DNA of 64,000 nucleotides from Acutalibacteraceae bacterium (GCA_045602785.1 JAZSCF010000049.1:487-64486), one strand, 5' to 3'. Positions 35,062 through 45,009 are shown, numbered from the stretch's first letter. Made by a program: numbers and translations. The notes: generated by a model not told the origin, from the sequence alone.

Positions 35062-36888
35062 ATGAAAAATGTCAGAAACAAACCCGATTTCGTAAACTTC
35101 ACCGATGATAACACAACGGTTTTTGAAGATGAATTTTTAAGGCGGCATAAATCATCCGCTGAAAATGGTTCATTTTTTAAAAACATTTTTTATCTTTGTA
35201 AAGGTTATTACAAGGATATTGTTATTACGGTGATTTTTTGTACCTTGCAGTTAAGCGTGCTTTTGTTTTTGCCAATTGCTACTGCAAATATTATTAACGC
35301 GCTTGTTGATAATCAGCCAAATAAAATGGATTTAATTATGCTTAATGCCGGTATAGCGGGATTTTTGCTTTTAATAAATTATCCGCTTCAAATTATTTAT
35401 CAAAAGCGGCTTGATTATTTAACCCGTTCAATAGAAGCTAAGCTGCGCGGTTCAATAGTTCGTAAGCTACAAAGACTTAATATTGCTTTTAGTAAGCAAA
35501 TGCCTTCGGGTAAGATACAGTCTAAGCTTATGCGTGATGTTGATTCTATTCGCGCGTCAATTATACATGTAATTCGTTGGGGTACCCACATCATTGTTAA
35601 TCTAGCAACCATAATCACAGTTATATTGATTAAGGGCTGTTGGCAACTACTTGTTTTCTTTATTTGTTGTATTCCTGTTTTGATTTTAATTTCAACCTTG
35701 CGTAAGGGTATGCGCGAAAAAAACCGTGCTTACCGTATTGAAATGGAAAAAACCACTTCAAAAGTTGTTGATATGGTTGATTTGATTCCTGTTACAAAAG
35801 CACACTCGGTTGAGGAATACGAAATCAAAAAAATGTCAAAGCTGCTTAATAAAACTGCAAAATCGGGTTATGAAATCGACTTTGCAAACAATAAGTTTAA
35901 TACAGCAGTTTGGCTTGTAGTTCAATGTATAAATGTTTTATGCTTGTTGTTTATCGTTTATATGGCATATAACGGATATATAAAAATAGGTGATATAACG
36001 CTTTACCAAACCTATTTTTCACGTTTGCTTGATAATGCAAACTCGGTTTTAAGCTTTTTGCCGCAAATTATGGCAGGTGCTGAAGCAATTAACTCGGTAG
36101 CTGAAATACTTAAATCCGACCAAGTTGAAGATAATGAAAATAAAATTAAAATTAAAGAGCTTCGCGGCGAATTTGTATTCGAAGATGTTGGTTTTAAGTA
36201 TGATGATGACGACCAAACCATTCTTAATGGCTTATCATTAAAGGTAAACCCCGGTGAAACAATTGCCTTTGTTGGTGAATCGGGTTCGGGTAAATCGACT
36301 GCAATAAATCTTGTTACAGGCTTTTATTTTCCAACACTCGGTTCTCTTAAAATTGATGGCGTAAGTATTAAGGATATTGACCTACAGTCCTACCGTCAGC
36401 ATATTGCAGTGGTGCCGCAAAACAGTGTATTGTTTTCTGGTACGGTACGCGAAAACATTACATACGGCTTGCCTAATACTAATGAGGAATTTTTACAAAA
36501 GATTATTGATTTGGCCTGTCTTAGAGATGTTATTGATAATCTTCCAAAAGGGCTTGATACCTTTGTAGGGGAACACGGATATAATCTTTCGGGCGGACAA
36601 CGACAGCGTATTTCAATAGCGCGTGCACTTATTAGAAACCCCAAGGTAATTATTTTCGATGAGGCGACAAGTGCACTTGATACTGTATCCGAAAAGCATA
36701 TTCAAACCGCTATAGATAACCTTTCTAAAGATAAGACGACCTTTATAGTAGCGCATAGACTTTCTACAATTAAGAACGCTGATAAAATTGCGGTTATTGA
36801 TAACGGTAAATGTGTTGAGTTTGGCACTTATGATGAGCTTGTTGCTAAAAAAGGCGCGTTTTATAAGTTCAGGCAATTACAAATTTAA
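35062..36888 (+). CDS. ABC transporter permease/ATP-binding fusion (exporter type)
   Basis: Six-TM domain, Walker A GESGSGKST, signature LSGGQRQR and Walker B IIFDEATSALD. Confidence 0.9.
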   Translation: MKNVRNKPDFVNFTDDNTTVFEDEFLRRHKSSAENGSFFKNIFYLCKGYYKDIVITVIFCTLQLSVLLFLPIATANIINALVDNQPNKMDLIMLNAGIAGFLLLINYPLQIIYQKRLDYLTRSIEAKLRGSIVRKLQRLNIAFSKQMPSGKIQSKLMRDVDSIRASIIHVIRWGTHIIVNLATIITVILIKGCWQLLVFFICCIPVLILISTLRKGMREKNRAYRIEMEKTTSKVVDMVDLIPVTKAHSVEEYEIKKMSKLLNKTAKSGYEIDFANNKFNTAVWLVVQCINVLCLLFIVYMAYNGYIKIGDITLYQTYFSRLLDNANSVLSFLPQIMAGAEAINSVAEILKSDQVEDNENKIKIKELRGEFVFEDVGFKYDDDDQTILNGLSLKVNPGETIAFVGESGSGKSTAINLVTGFYFPTLGSLKIDGVSIKDIDLQSYRQHIAVVPQNSVLFSGTVRENITYGLPNTNEEFLQKIIDLACLRDVIDNLPKGLDTFVGEHGYNLSGGQRQRISIARALIRNPKVIIFDEATSALDTVSEKHIQTAIDNLSKDKTTFIVAHRLSTIKNADKIAVIDNGKCVEFGTYDELVAKKGAFYKFRQLQI

Positions 36889-36896
36889 TAAAGTAC

Positions 36897-36926
36897 AAAA
36901 AGAACTGCCGTCGGGCAGTTCTTTTT
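36897..36926. terminator. Bidirectional terminator
   Basis: Perfect 13-bp stem aaaaagaactgcc/ggcagttcttttt. Confidence 0.9.
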
Positions 36927-36931
36927 GTATG

Positions 36932-38413
36932 TTAGTTATCTTTTATAATGTAAGCAAAGTCTATGCATCCGTCACCTTTATCTAGTTTTACATTACTAAG
37001 CTCTGTACCGTAAGCAATTACGGTGTCTTGGGTGAATAGGGGAGTAATATTTTTTGATTTTAGTAGTTCTTCTTGAATCTCGGATAAAGATTTACCGCTA
37101 TAGCTCACATCAAAGTTTTCAAGATATTCATCACTGCTTTGACTATTTGCAGTTAATGGGAAAACACTTAAAGCGTAGGTTTGGTTTTTTAATTGCGGAA
37201 GTAGAACTTCAGGTGCAGATACTGATTCAATATTAACAAAAGCGCTTAATTGATTTTGCCAATGCCCTACAATGTCTGTAACAATATTCTTTGAAAAACC
37301 GTTATCATAATAGTAAAGTACTACATCGGTAGGGAATTTTTTATCGCTAAGATTTGCTACAGCGCTTGCAAATATGTCTTTTGAGTTTTGCAAATCATAT
37401 GGTGTAATACCTTTTTTAATAGTCTTGTCAGTAACAATGCCAGGGTAAATGCTATTTGGCTTATAATAGCCGTCGGTTAAATTTTTGCTGAATATTTTCG
37501 GGTTTGCAAGTGATATAAGCGATTTTCTAATATCGCTTGAAAAACCGTCACTAATAGTTAAATACCAAACAATGTTATTGTATGTATCGGTAATAAAACC
37601 GTTTTCCTTGGCTTCTTTTATTTCGTTTGAGTTTATAAAAGCAATATCGGCATCGCTTTCTTTAAGTGCTAGTAGGGGAGTTTGCTTATCGTTCATTGTG
37701 AAGAACACAGCGGCATTTTTTGCAACAAAGTCGCCGTTGTAAAATTTGTTGCGGTATAGTCGTATACCAAAAATTTCTTTATTCCATTTTGAAAAACGGT
37801 AGCTGCCGTTTGAAAGTGTTGTTTCATTTTCTAAACCGTATCTGCCTGCGGTGCTTTCAAAAAATTCCTCATTGCACGGCATTGCGATACTGGTTGTTAG
37901 TGTTTTTTCAAAATTTTTATCCTTTTTTGTAAGTGTGATTTGAAGCGTGTAATCATCAATGGCTTTAACACCTAAAGTATCAATATCTTTTTCACCTTTA
38001 TTAATTGCTTTTGCGTTTTTAATGGAATATAGTCTTTTCACAAATGGAGATTTTGTTTTTGGATTAACTGCACGTTTAAAGCCGAAAACAAAATCGTGTG
38101 CAGTAATAGGAGTTTCATCACTCCAAACAACATCTTTTTTAAGTTTAAAGGTGTAGGTAAGACCGTTAAGGCTATAGCTTTCTGCAACACCGCATTCAAG
38201 CTTGCCGTTTTCATCAATTCTGAGTAGACCTTCAAAAATATTTCGCACAAGCATTAATTCAACATCACTTTTTGCTGTTTGTGGGTCAACAGTTTCAGGC
38301 TGTTCGTTTAAATAAAAGTAAATATATGCACTATCACTTCCGTCGCAGGCGGTTAGCGAAAATAGAAGAACAATTGAAATTGCTATTGAGATAAGCTTTT
38401 TATATAAATTCAT
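36932..38413 (-). CDS. ABC transporter substrate-binding lipoprotein, peptide/nickel (family 5)
   Basis: Lipobox LFSLTAC and a family-5 SBP profile (WSDETPITAHDFVF). It is an orphan: no adjacent permease genes. Confidence 0.8.
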   Translation of the reverse strand: MNLYKKLISIAISIVLLFSLTACDGSDSAYIYFYLNEQPETVDPQTAKSDVELMLVRNIFEGLLRIDENGKLECGVAESYSLNGLTYTFKLKKDVVWSDETPITAHDFVFGFKRAVNPKTKSPFVKRLYSIKNAKAINKGEKDIDTLGVKAIDDYTLQITLTKKDKNFEKTLTTSIAMPCNEEFFESTAGRYGLENETTLSNGSYRFSKWNKEIFGIRLYRNKFYNGDFVAKNAAVFFTMNDKQTPLLALKESDADIAFINSNEIKEAKENGFITDTYNNIVWYLTISDGFSSDIRKSLISLANPKIFSKNLTDGYYKPNSIYPGIVTDKTIKKGITPYDLQNSKDIFASAVANLSDKKFPTDVVLYYYDNGFSKNIVTDIVGHWQNQLSAFVNIESVSAPEVLLPQLKNQTYALSVFPLTANSQSSDEYLENFDVSYSGKSLSEIQEELLKSKNITPLFTQDTVIAYGTELSNVKLDKGDGCIDFAYIIKDN

Positions 38414-38528
38414 AAGTAAAACCTCGTAAAAAATATGTATTATTATATATTATTTTGTTTATAAATTCAACCGTTCTAGTAATAATTAAAAAAATTTGTA
38501 AAAAAAGCAAAAAAGTGATATTTTTTCA

Positions 38529-38557
38529 TTGTAAAATGAAATATGTTGTGTTATAAT
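38529..38557 (+). promoter_or_regulatory. Sigma-A type promoter of the hydrogenase operon
   Basis: TTGTAA - 17 nt - TATAAT with TGt extended -10. Confidence 0.6.
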
Positions 38558-38575
38558 AAATTAGTGTGTGGGAGT

Positions 38576-38593
38576 ATGTTATATTTTTAACAA
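38576..38593 (+). promoter_or_regulatory. Candidate Rex (redox-sensing repressor) operator
   Basis: ATGTTATATTTTTAACAA matches 12 of the 14 specified positions of TTGTTAANNNNTTAACAA. Located between the -10 and the SD of hydC. Confidence 0.5.
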
Positions 38594-38628
38594 TCTCACT
38601 AACGGATTATACAAGGAGGATTTAGTTT

Positions 38629-39132
38629 ATGCTCAAAAAAATCAGTAACTTACCCTTTAAGGGTACTGCCGAACAGGAAGCAAAGCTTATGAGTCTTATC
38701 GAAGCTAACAAGCATGACAAAAGTCTTTTAATGACTGTTATGCAAGAAGCTCAGGAAATTTATGGCTATCTTCCAATGGAAGTGCAGACAAAGATTGCCG
38801 AAGGTATGGATGTACCGCTTGAAAAGGTTTACGGTGTTGCAACATTCTATGCACAGTTTTCCTTGTCACCAAAAGGTGAGTACAACATTTCGGTATGTTT
38901 AGGTACCGCTTGCTACGTTAAAGGTTCAGGCGATATTTTCGACAAGTTAAGCGAACGTCTTGGTATTGGCTCTGACGAATGTACAGCTGACGGTAAATTT
39001 TCACTTACCGCTTGCCGTTGCATTGGTGCCTGCGGCTTAGCACCTGTTTTAACTGTTAATGAAGAAGTTTACGGTCGTCTTACTGTTGACGATGTAGACG
39101 GAATTTTGGAAAAATACGGTTTTTCTAAATAA
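38629..39132 (+). CDS. hydC: NuoE-like [2Fe-2S] subunit of NAD(P)-dependent [FeFe] hydrogenase
   Basis: Thioredoxin-like 2Fe-2S motif CLGTAC ... CRCIGACGLAP. Confidence 0.9.
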   Translation: MLKKISNLPFKGTAEQEAKLMSLIEANKHDKSLLMTVMQEAQEIYGYLPMEVQTKIAEGMDVPLEKVYGVATFYAQFSLSPKGEYNISVCLGTACYVKGSGDIFDKLSERLGIGSDECTADGKFSLTACRCIGACGLAPVLTVNEEVYGRLTVDDVDGILEKYGFSK

Positions 39133-39149
39133 TCCGAAAGGTAAATAAT

Positions 39150-39506
39150 ATGAAAATCAGCGCGATTAAAGATTTACTTGAAGCAGAAGTTGTATGTAAT
39201 GAAGATGGTCTTGGTCACCATGTATATTCCGCTTGCGGAAGCGATATGATGAGTGACGTTTTGGCCTATGTAAAGGACCAAGCAGTATTGCTTACCGGTC
39301 TTGTTAACTCTCAGGTTATAAGAACAGCTGAAATGATGGATATGAACTGCGTTGTTTTTGTTCGTTCTAAAATGCCTACTGCCGAAATGATTGAGTTAGC
39401 AAAAGACAGTGGTATTGTCCTTTTAACTACAACTAAAAGATTATACGAGGCTTGCGGTATTTTATACAGCAATGGCCTTGTAAGTAATGCGGTTAAAGAT
39501 GCCTGA
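39150..39506 (+). CDS. DRTGG domain-containing protein
   Basis: 118 aa. GSDMMSDVL and LLTGL patterns are typical of DRTGG proteins in hydrogenase loci. Confidence 0.6.
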   Translation: MKISAIKDLLEAEVVCNEDGLGHHVYSACGSDMMSDVLAYVKDQAVLLTGLVNSQVIRTAEMMDMNCVVFVRSKMPTAEMIELAKDSGIVLLTTTKRLYEACGILYSNGLVSNAVKDA

Positions 39507-39924
39507 GGTTTTAAATTTTCATTTCAATGTAGACGGTGATGATTTTAAGTCGGCAGGTCACGCATCGTTTATGATGAAAAAAAACCTAAGACAGTTGGGA
39601 ATTTCTCCCGAAATAATTCGCCGCGTTTCTATTGCAATGTACGAAGGTGAAATTAATATGGTAATACATGCAAGAGGCGGTACCGCTGATGTTAATGTTT
39701 ATGAAGACTGTATTGAAATTATCCTTGCGGACAATGGCCCTGGTATTAAAAATATCAATCAGGCTATGCAGGAAGGTTATTCTACCGCTACCGATAATAT
39801 CCGTTCTTTAGGTTTCGGTGCTGGTATGGGTCTTCCTAATATGAAACGTTATACCGATTATATGGATATTAAATCCACGGTAGGCGAGGGCACAACCATT
39901 ACTATGAAGGTAAATTTTGAATAA
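39499..39924 (+). CDS. GHKL/HATPase_c-type ATP-binding protein (anti-sigma-factor-kinase-like)
   Basis: DNGPGI and GFGAGMGLPN ATP-lid motifs. ATG 39499 overlaps the preceding gene. Confidence 0.7.
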   Translation: MPEVLNFHFNVDGDDFKSAGHASFMMKKNLRQLGISPEIIRRVSIAMYEGEINMVIHARGGTADVNVYEDCIEIILADNGPGIKNINQAMQEGYSTATDNIRSLGFGAGMGLPNMKRYTDYMDIKSTVGEGTTITMKVNFE

Positions 39925-39944
39925 CTTTTTGGCAGGTATGATAA

Positions 39945-41204
39945 ATGAATACATATAAACATTCGGTTTTTTTGGATGTAGAAAAATGTAACGGCTGCAC
40001 TACCTGTCTTAAGCATTGTCCTACAGAGGCAATTCGCATAAAAGATGGACACGCTGTTATAAACGAAGAAAGATGTATTGATTGCGGTGAATGTATTCGC
40101 GTTTGCCCAAATAGTGCTAAAAAAGCTAAATGCAGTCCACTTTCTTCAATGGATAAATTCAAATGGAAGATTGCATTACCCGCCCCAACACTTTACGGTC
40201 AGTTTGATAATCTTGATGATGTTGATTATGTATTAGACGGTCTTTTAAAATTAGGCTTTAACGATGTTTATGAGGTTTCCGCCGCGGCTGAGCTTGTATC
40301 AGCATATACGCGTAAATACTTAAAAACAAGCGGTGTAGTAAAGCCTGCTATCAGCTCGGCTTGTCCTGTTGTAACAAGACTTATTGCGCTTCGTTTCCCG
40401 TCTTTACTTGACCATGTAATACATATGCTTCCTCCAATGGAGGTTGCAGCCCATTTGGCTCGTGAAAAAGCTAAACGTGAACATCCTGAGCTTACTGACA
40501 ATGAAATTGGTGTATGCTTCATTTCTCCCTGTCCTGCAAAGGCAAGCTATGTTAATAACGGCTTTGCTGATTATAAAAGTAAGGTAGATGTTGTAGTTTC
40601 TATTAGTGACCTATATTTTTATCTTATTAGTGTTATGAAATATGGCAGTGATGTTGAGTCACTATCTAATTCAGGTATAATTGGTATTAGCTGGGCTTCC
40701 TCAGGTGGAGAGGCTACTGCAATTTTCAATGAAAATTATCTTGCTGCTGACGGTATTGATAATGTTATGCGCGTTCTTGACCAAATGGAAAACGGTAATA
40801 TCCCACCGCTTGATTTTATCGAGCTTAATGCTTGTACGGGTGGTTGCGTAGGCGGTGTGCTTACAATACAAAATCCGTTTATTGCAAAAGCTAGATTACG
40901 TTCTTTGCGAAGATATTTGCCCGTTTCTGAACATTTCAATGCCGAAGATGATGAATATCTACCAAGTGAGTTTTTATTTGATGATATGCCAACATATCGA
41001 CCAATTTCTCGCCTTTCTGCAAGTATGGCGGAATCAATGCGTATGATGGCAGACATTCAAAAAATTAAAGAAACTTTACCTGGTATAGACTGCGGTTCTT
41101 GCGGTGCTCCAAATTGCCGCGCACTTGCAGAGGATATCGTTAAAGGGCAGTCAAATATTGAAAAATGTCTTATAAGACTGCGTGGTGTAAAGGATGAAGG
41201 TTAA
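39945..41204 (+). CDS. [FeFe] hydrogenase-like protein, putative sensory type (HydS-like, group D-like architecture)
   Basis: Two N-terminal 4Fe-4S motifs. H-domain motifs are SSACP (L1 lacking the first Cys), SPCPAK (L2) and ELNACTGGCVGG (L3). C-terminal Cx2Cx4Cx16C (C383-C408). Confidence 0.75.
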   Translation: MNTYKHSVFLDVEKCNGCTTCLKHCPTEAIRIKDGHAVINEERCIDCGECIRVCPNSAKKAKCSPLSSMDKFKWKIALPAPTLYGQFDNLDDVDYVLDGLLKLGFNDVYEVSAAAELVSAYTRKYLKTSGVVKPAISSACPVVTRLIALRFPSLLDHVIHMLPPMEVAAHLAREKAKREHPELTDNEIGVCFISPCPAKASYVNNGFADYKSKVDVVVSISDLYFYLISVMKYGSDVESLSNSGIIGISWASSGGEATAIFNENYLAADGIDNVMRVLDQMENGNIPPLDFIELNACTGGCVGGVLTIQNPFIAKARLRSLRRYLPVSEHFNAEDDEYLPSEFLFDDMPTYRPISRLSASMAESMRMMADIQKIKETLPGIDCGSCGAPNCRALAEDIVKGQSNIEKCLIRLRGVKDEG

Positions 41205-41520
41205 GGATTTAGCAAATAGTGACCTTTTTAGCGTAATAACCTTGCCGCAAGGCGAAAGGGAAATTGACGGTGTTTATGTTGGTGACCTTTTAAGTTGGGT
41301 TATGGGACGCGCTCAAAGCGATAACGCGTGGGTTACTATTATGTCAAATATGAATATATTGGCTGTAGCATCTCTTTCAGATACTTCCTGCATTATTTTA
41401 GCAGAAGGAGTTAAATTGGAAGAAGAAGTTATTAATACCGCTTTGGATAAAGAAATTAATATTCTTTCAACCAATATGGATATTTATAACACAGCAGTAT
41501 ATTTAAGCAAAGTAATATGA
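41194..41520 (+). CDS. DRTGG domain-containing protein
   Basis: 108 aa with VGDLLSWVM and ILAEG patterns. Overlaps its neighbours at both ends. Confidence 0.6.
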   Translation: MKVKDLANSDLFSVITLPQGEREIDGVYVGDLLSWVMGRAQSDNAWVTIMSNMNILAVASLSDTSCIILAEGVKLEEEVINTALDKEINILSTNMDIYNTAVYLSKVI

Positions 41521-42230
41521 AAAAGTATTATTACGATTTACATATTCATTCTTGCTTGTCGCCCTGTGGCGATGATGATTCTACACCAAACAGTATTGCA
41601 GGTATGGGGGAGCTAAACGGTCTTTCAATTATGGCACTTACCGACCATAATACTGTTAAAAACTGCCCATACTTTTTTGAGGCTGCAAAAAATCACGGCA
41701 TTATCCCAATTGCAGGGATGGAGCTTACTACTGCGGAAGAAATTCACGTTATATGTCTTTTTGAAAATTTGAACGATGCGCTGGCTTTTGATAGTGAAAT
41801 TGAAAAAAGACGTATAAAAATCAAAAACCGTACTGATATTTTCGGAAATCAACTTATTTGTGATAGCTTAGATAATATTGTTGGTAATGATGAATTTTTG
41901 CTTTCGAATGCGACTACGCTTTCCTTTGATGAGGTACCGCAGTTGGTAGAACAGTTTGGCGGTGTGTGCTATCCTGCACATATCGACCGCGATTCTAACT
42001 CTGTAACGGCTGTTTTAGGCGGTCTTCCGCCCGAGCATCCTTTCAAGTTTGCAGAGCTTCACAACAAAGATAAAGCTGATAACTTTTTAGGTATCGGTTG
42101 TGATTTTGTTGTAAGTAGTGATGCACACTATCTTTGGGATATAAGTGAAAAAGAAAATTATTTTTTACTGCCTGATGATGACGAAAATGCAGTTAAAAAT
42201 CTTTTTAAGCTTTTGAGGAAAACGCTATGA
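41517..42230 (+). CDS. PHP domain-containing phosphoesterase
   Basis: YDLHIHSCLSPCGDDD and ALTDHNT metal-binding motifs. Confidence 0.8.
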   Translation: MKKYYYDLHIHSCLSPCGDDDSTPNSIAGMGELNGLSIMALTDHNTVKNCPYFFEAAKNHGIIPIAGMELTTAEEIHVICLFENLNDALAFDSEIEKRRIKIKNRTDIFGNQLICDSLDNIVGNDEFLLSNATTLSFDEVPQLVEQFGGVCYPAHIDRDSNSVTAVLGGLPPEHPFKFAELHNKDKADNFLGIGCDFVVSSDAHYLWDISEKENYFLLPDDDENAVKNLFKLLRKTL

Positions 42231-42775
42231 AGGAATTATCACTAAATATTCTTGATATAACTGAAAATTCGGTTAAAGCCGGAGCAACGCTAACCGAAAT
42301 TTTAATAGAAGAAATAGGTGATACCTTAACCCTAACCATTAAGGATAATGGTTGCGGTATGACGGATGAAGTACTACAAACGGTATTAAATCCGTTTTAT
42401 ACTACTCGTACTACTCGCAAGGTAGGAATGGGGCTTCCTTTGTTAATGCTTGCTGCTGAGCAAACAGGTGGCAGCTTGTCGATTTCTTCAAAGCATATTG
42501 ATAAATACCCTGACAGTCACGGCACAACCGTTAAGACTGTGTTCTTTAAAAACCATATCGACTGTGCGCCGCTTGGTGATATTGTTGAAACGGTTAAAAC
42601 TATTATTCAAGGTCACCCTGATACCGATTTTTTGTTTACTCATAAAAATGAAAAAGGTGAGGTATTGTTAGATACCAGAGAACTAAGACAAGTTCTCGAA
42701 GGCGTACCCTTGAATACTTATGAAGTAATTAAATGGATTGAAGAATGCTTAAAAGAACAGTATTCGGAAATCTAA
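42227..42775 (+). CDS. GHKL/HATPase_c-type ATP-binding protein
   Basis: NILDITENSVKAGA (N-box), DNGCGM (G1) and GMGLPLL (G2). Confidence 0.7.
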   Translation: MKELSLNILDITENSVKAGATLTEILIEEIGDTLTLTIKDNGCGMTDEVLQTVLNPFYTTRTTRKVGMGLPLLMLAAEQTGGSLSISSKHIDKYPDSHGTTVKTVFFKNHIDCAPLGDIVETVKTIIQGHPDTDFLFTHKNEKGEVLLDTRELRQVLEGVPLNTYEVIKWIEECLKEQYSEI

Positions 42776-42799
42776 TAAGGATAGAAAGGAAAATCCATT

Positions 42800-43162
42800 A
42801 TGAAATCTTTAGCTGAATTACAAGCAATTAAAGAAAAAATGAAGAATAAGGTTATTCTTCGTGAAGGTACTAATGACACTCGCGTTGTTGTTGGTATGGC
42901 TACTTGCGGTATTGCAGCAGGTGCAAGACCTGTGCTTAACGCATTGGTAGAAGAGGTTAACGCGCTTGGCCTTGCTGATACTGTTACAGTATCTCAAACA
43001 GGCTGTATCGGTATTTGTGAGTACGAACCTGTTGTAGAAGTATTTGAAGCAGGCAAGGAAAAGGTTACATACGTTAAAATGGATGCCGAAAAAGCAAAGA
43101 GAGTAGCAAAAGAGCATTTACAAGAAGGCAAAGTTGTTACTGAATTTGTAATAAAAGCTTAA
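42800..43162 (+). CDS. Thioredoxin-like [2Fe-2S] ferredoxin
   Basis: VVGMATCGIAAG ... TGCIGICEYEPV. Confidence 0.8.
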   Translation: MKSLAELQAIKEKMKNKVILREGTNDTRVVVGMATCGIAAGARPVLNALVEEVNALGLADTVTVSQTGCIGICEYEPVVEVFEAGKEKVTYVKMDAEKAKRVAKEHLQEGKVVTEFVIKA

Positions 43163-43188
43163 GCTATTAAGATATTGGAGGTAAAAAA

Positions 43189-45009
43189 ATGATTCGTGCA
43201 CATGTATTGATTTGCGGCGGTACGGGTTGTACTTCTTCAGGTAGTGCTTCTATTCAAAAAGCTTTTGAAGAAAATATTAAGGCTTTTGACTTAGCAGAAG
43301 AAGTAAAGCTTGTTCAAACCGGTTGTTTCGGCCTTTGCGAATTAGGTCCTGTTGTTATCGTTTATCCTGACGGTACCTTCTACAGCCGTGTTACCCCCGA
43401 AGATGTAAAGGAAATTGTTGAAGAACATCTCTTAAAGGGTCGTCCTGTTGATCGTTTGGTTTACAACGATACAGGTAAAGATGCTCCTAAGGTGGAAGGC
43501 CATGTTGCTTTAGGCGATACTGCTTTCTATAAGTCACAAAATCGTGTTGTTCTTCGTAATTGCGGTGTTATTGACCCTGAAAACATTGACGAGTATATCG
43601 CAATGGACGGTTATGCAGCACTTGGTAAGGTTCTTACCGAAATGAAGCCAGAAGACGTTATTAAGGTTATTTCTGATTCAGGTCTTCGCGGACGCGGAGG
43701 CGGCGGATTCCCGACAGGCTTTAAGTGGTCTTTATGTGCTCCTAATAAGGCTGACCAAAAGTACGTTGTATGTAATGCCGACGAAGGTGACCCTGGTGCA
43801 TTTATGGACCGTTCCGTTTTGGAAGGTGACCCACACTGCTTAGTAGAAGCTATGGCCATTGCTGGTTATGCTATCGGCGCTACAATTGGTTATGTTTATG
43901 TTCGTGCTGAATATCCTATCGCTGTAAAGCGTTTACAAAAAGCTATCGACCAAGCTCGTGAATACGGTCTTTTAGGTAAAAATATCTTTGGCTCAGGCTT
44001 TGATTTTGATTTGTTCATCCGTTTGGGTGCAGGTGCATTCGTTTGCGGTGAAGAAACTGCTCTTATGACCTCTATTGAAGGTAACCGTGGTGAACCTAGA
44101 CCTCGTCCGCCTTATCCGGCAGTTAAGGGTCTATTTGGCAAGCCTACAGTTGAAAATAACGTTGAAACCTTTGCTAACGTACCACAGATTATTCTTCGCG
44201 GTGCTGAATGGTTTGCTTCTATGGGTACCGAAAAATCTAAGGGTACTAAGGTATTCGCATTAGGCGGTAAGATTAAGCATACCGGTCTTGTTGAAATACC
44301 TATGGGTACAACTCTTCGCCACATTATTGATGAAATCGGTGGCGGTATTCCTAACGGTAAAAAGTTCAAGGCTGCTCAAACAGGTGGTCCTTCAGGCGGA
44401 TGTATTCCTGCTCGCCTTATTGATACAGAAGTTGACTATGATAACTTAACTGCTATCGGTTGTATGATGGGTTCAGGCGGTCTTATCGTTATGGACGAAG
44501 ACAACTGTATGGTTGATATGGCTAAATTCTTCCTTGAATTTACTGTAGATGAATCTTGCGGTAAGTGTACTCCTTGCCGTGTAGGTACAAAGAGACTTCT
44601 TGAATTGCTTGATAAGATTACTTCAGGTAAGGGTACTCTCGAAGACGTTGACCGTCTTGAAGAACTTTGCTACTACATTAAGCAAAACTCACTTTGCGGT
44701 CTTGGTCAGACTGCACCTAACCCTGTACTTTCTACACTCAACTTCTTCCGTGATGAATATATTGCTCACGTTGTTGATAAGAAGTGTCCTGCAGGTGTAT
44801 GTAAAGATCTACTTACATTTGTTATCGATCAGGATAAGTGTATTGGTTGTGGTCTTTGTGCTAAAAACTGTCCTGTTAATGCTATCACTAAGACTGATTA
44901 TGTTGCACCAGGTCACAAGCTTCCTTCTTACGTTATTGATGCTGACAAGTGCGTTAAGTGCGGTGTTTGTATGGGTAACTGTAAGTTTAAAGCAATCTCT
45001 AAGCAATAA
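43189..45009 (+). CDS. hydB: NuoF-like FMN/NAD(P)H-binding subunit of [FeFe] hydrogenase
   Basis: N-terminal 2Fe-2S domain, GRGGGGFPTG FMN site, ESCGKCTPCR and a C-terminal 2x[4Fe-4S] ferredoxin domain. Confidence 0.95.
   Translation: MIRAHVLICGGTGCTSSGSASIQKAFEENIKAFDLAEEVKLVQTGCFGLCELGPVVIVYPDGTFYSRVTPEDVKEIVEEHLLKGRPVDRLVYNDTGKDAPKVEGHVALGDTAFYKSQNRVVLRNCGVIDPENIDEYIAMDGYAALGKVLTEMKPEDVIKVISDSGLRGRGGGGFPTGFKWSLCAPNKADQKYVVCNADEGDPGAFMDRSVLEGDPHCLVEAMAIAGYAIGATIGYVYVRAEYPIAVKRLQKAIDQAREYGLLGKNIFGSGFDFDLFIRLGAGAFVCGEETALMTSIEGNRGEPRPRPPYPAVKGLFGKPTVENNVETFANVPQIILRGAEWFASMGTEKSKGTKVFALGGKIKHTGLVEIPMGTTLRHIIDEIGGGIPNGKKFKAAQTGGPSGGCIPARLIDTEVDYDNLTAIGCMMGSGGLIVMDEDNCMVDMAKFFLEFTVDESCGKCTPCRVGTKRLLELLDKITSGKGTLEDVDRLEELCYYIKQNSLCGLGQTAPNPVLSTLNFFRDEYIAHVVDKKCPAGVCKDLLTFVIDQDKCIGCGLCAKNCPVNAITKTDYVAPGHKLPSYVIDADKCVKCGVCMGNCKFKAISKQ

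Noticed and set aside
36932-38413. The orphan family-5 substrate-binding lipoprotein was considered as the missing transporter for the accessory operons.
   Set aside because: It lies more than 16 kb away on the opposite strand, has its own terminators, and has no permease or ATPase partners in the window. Nothing links it to those operons.
39499-42775. The two HATPase-type proteins were considered as SpoIIAB-like anti-sigma factors, or as toxin/kinase parts of a defence or TA system.
   Set aside because: No anti-anti-sigma (STAS) gene, sigma factor or antitoxin gene is adjacent. They are embedded in, and translationally coupled within, the hydrogenase operon.
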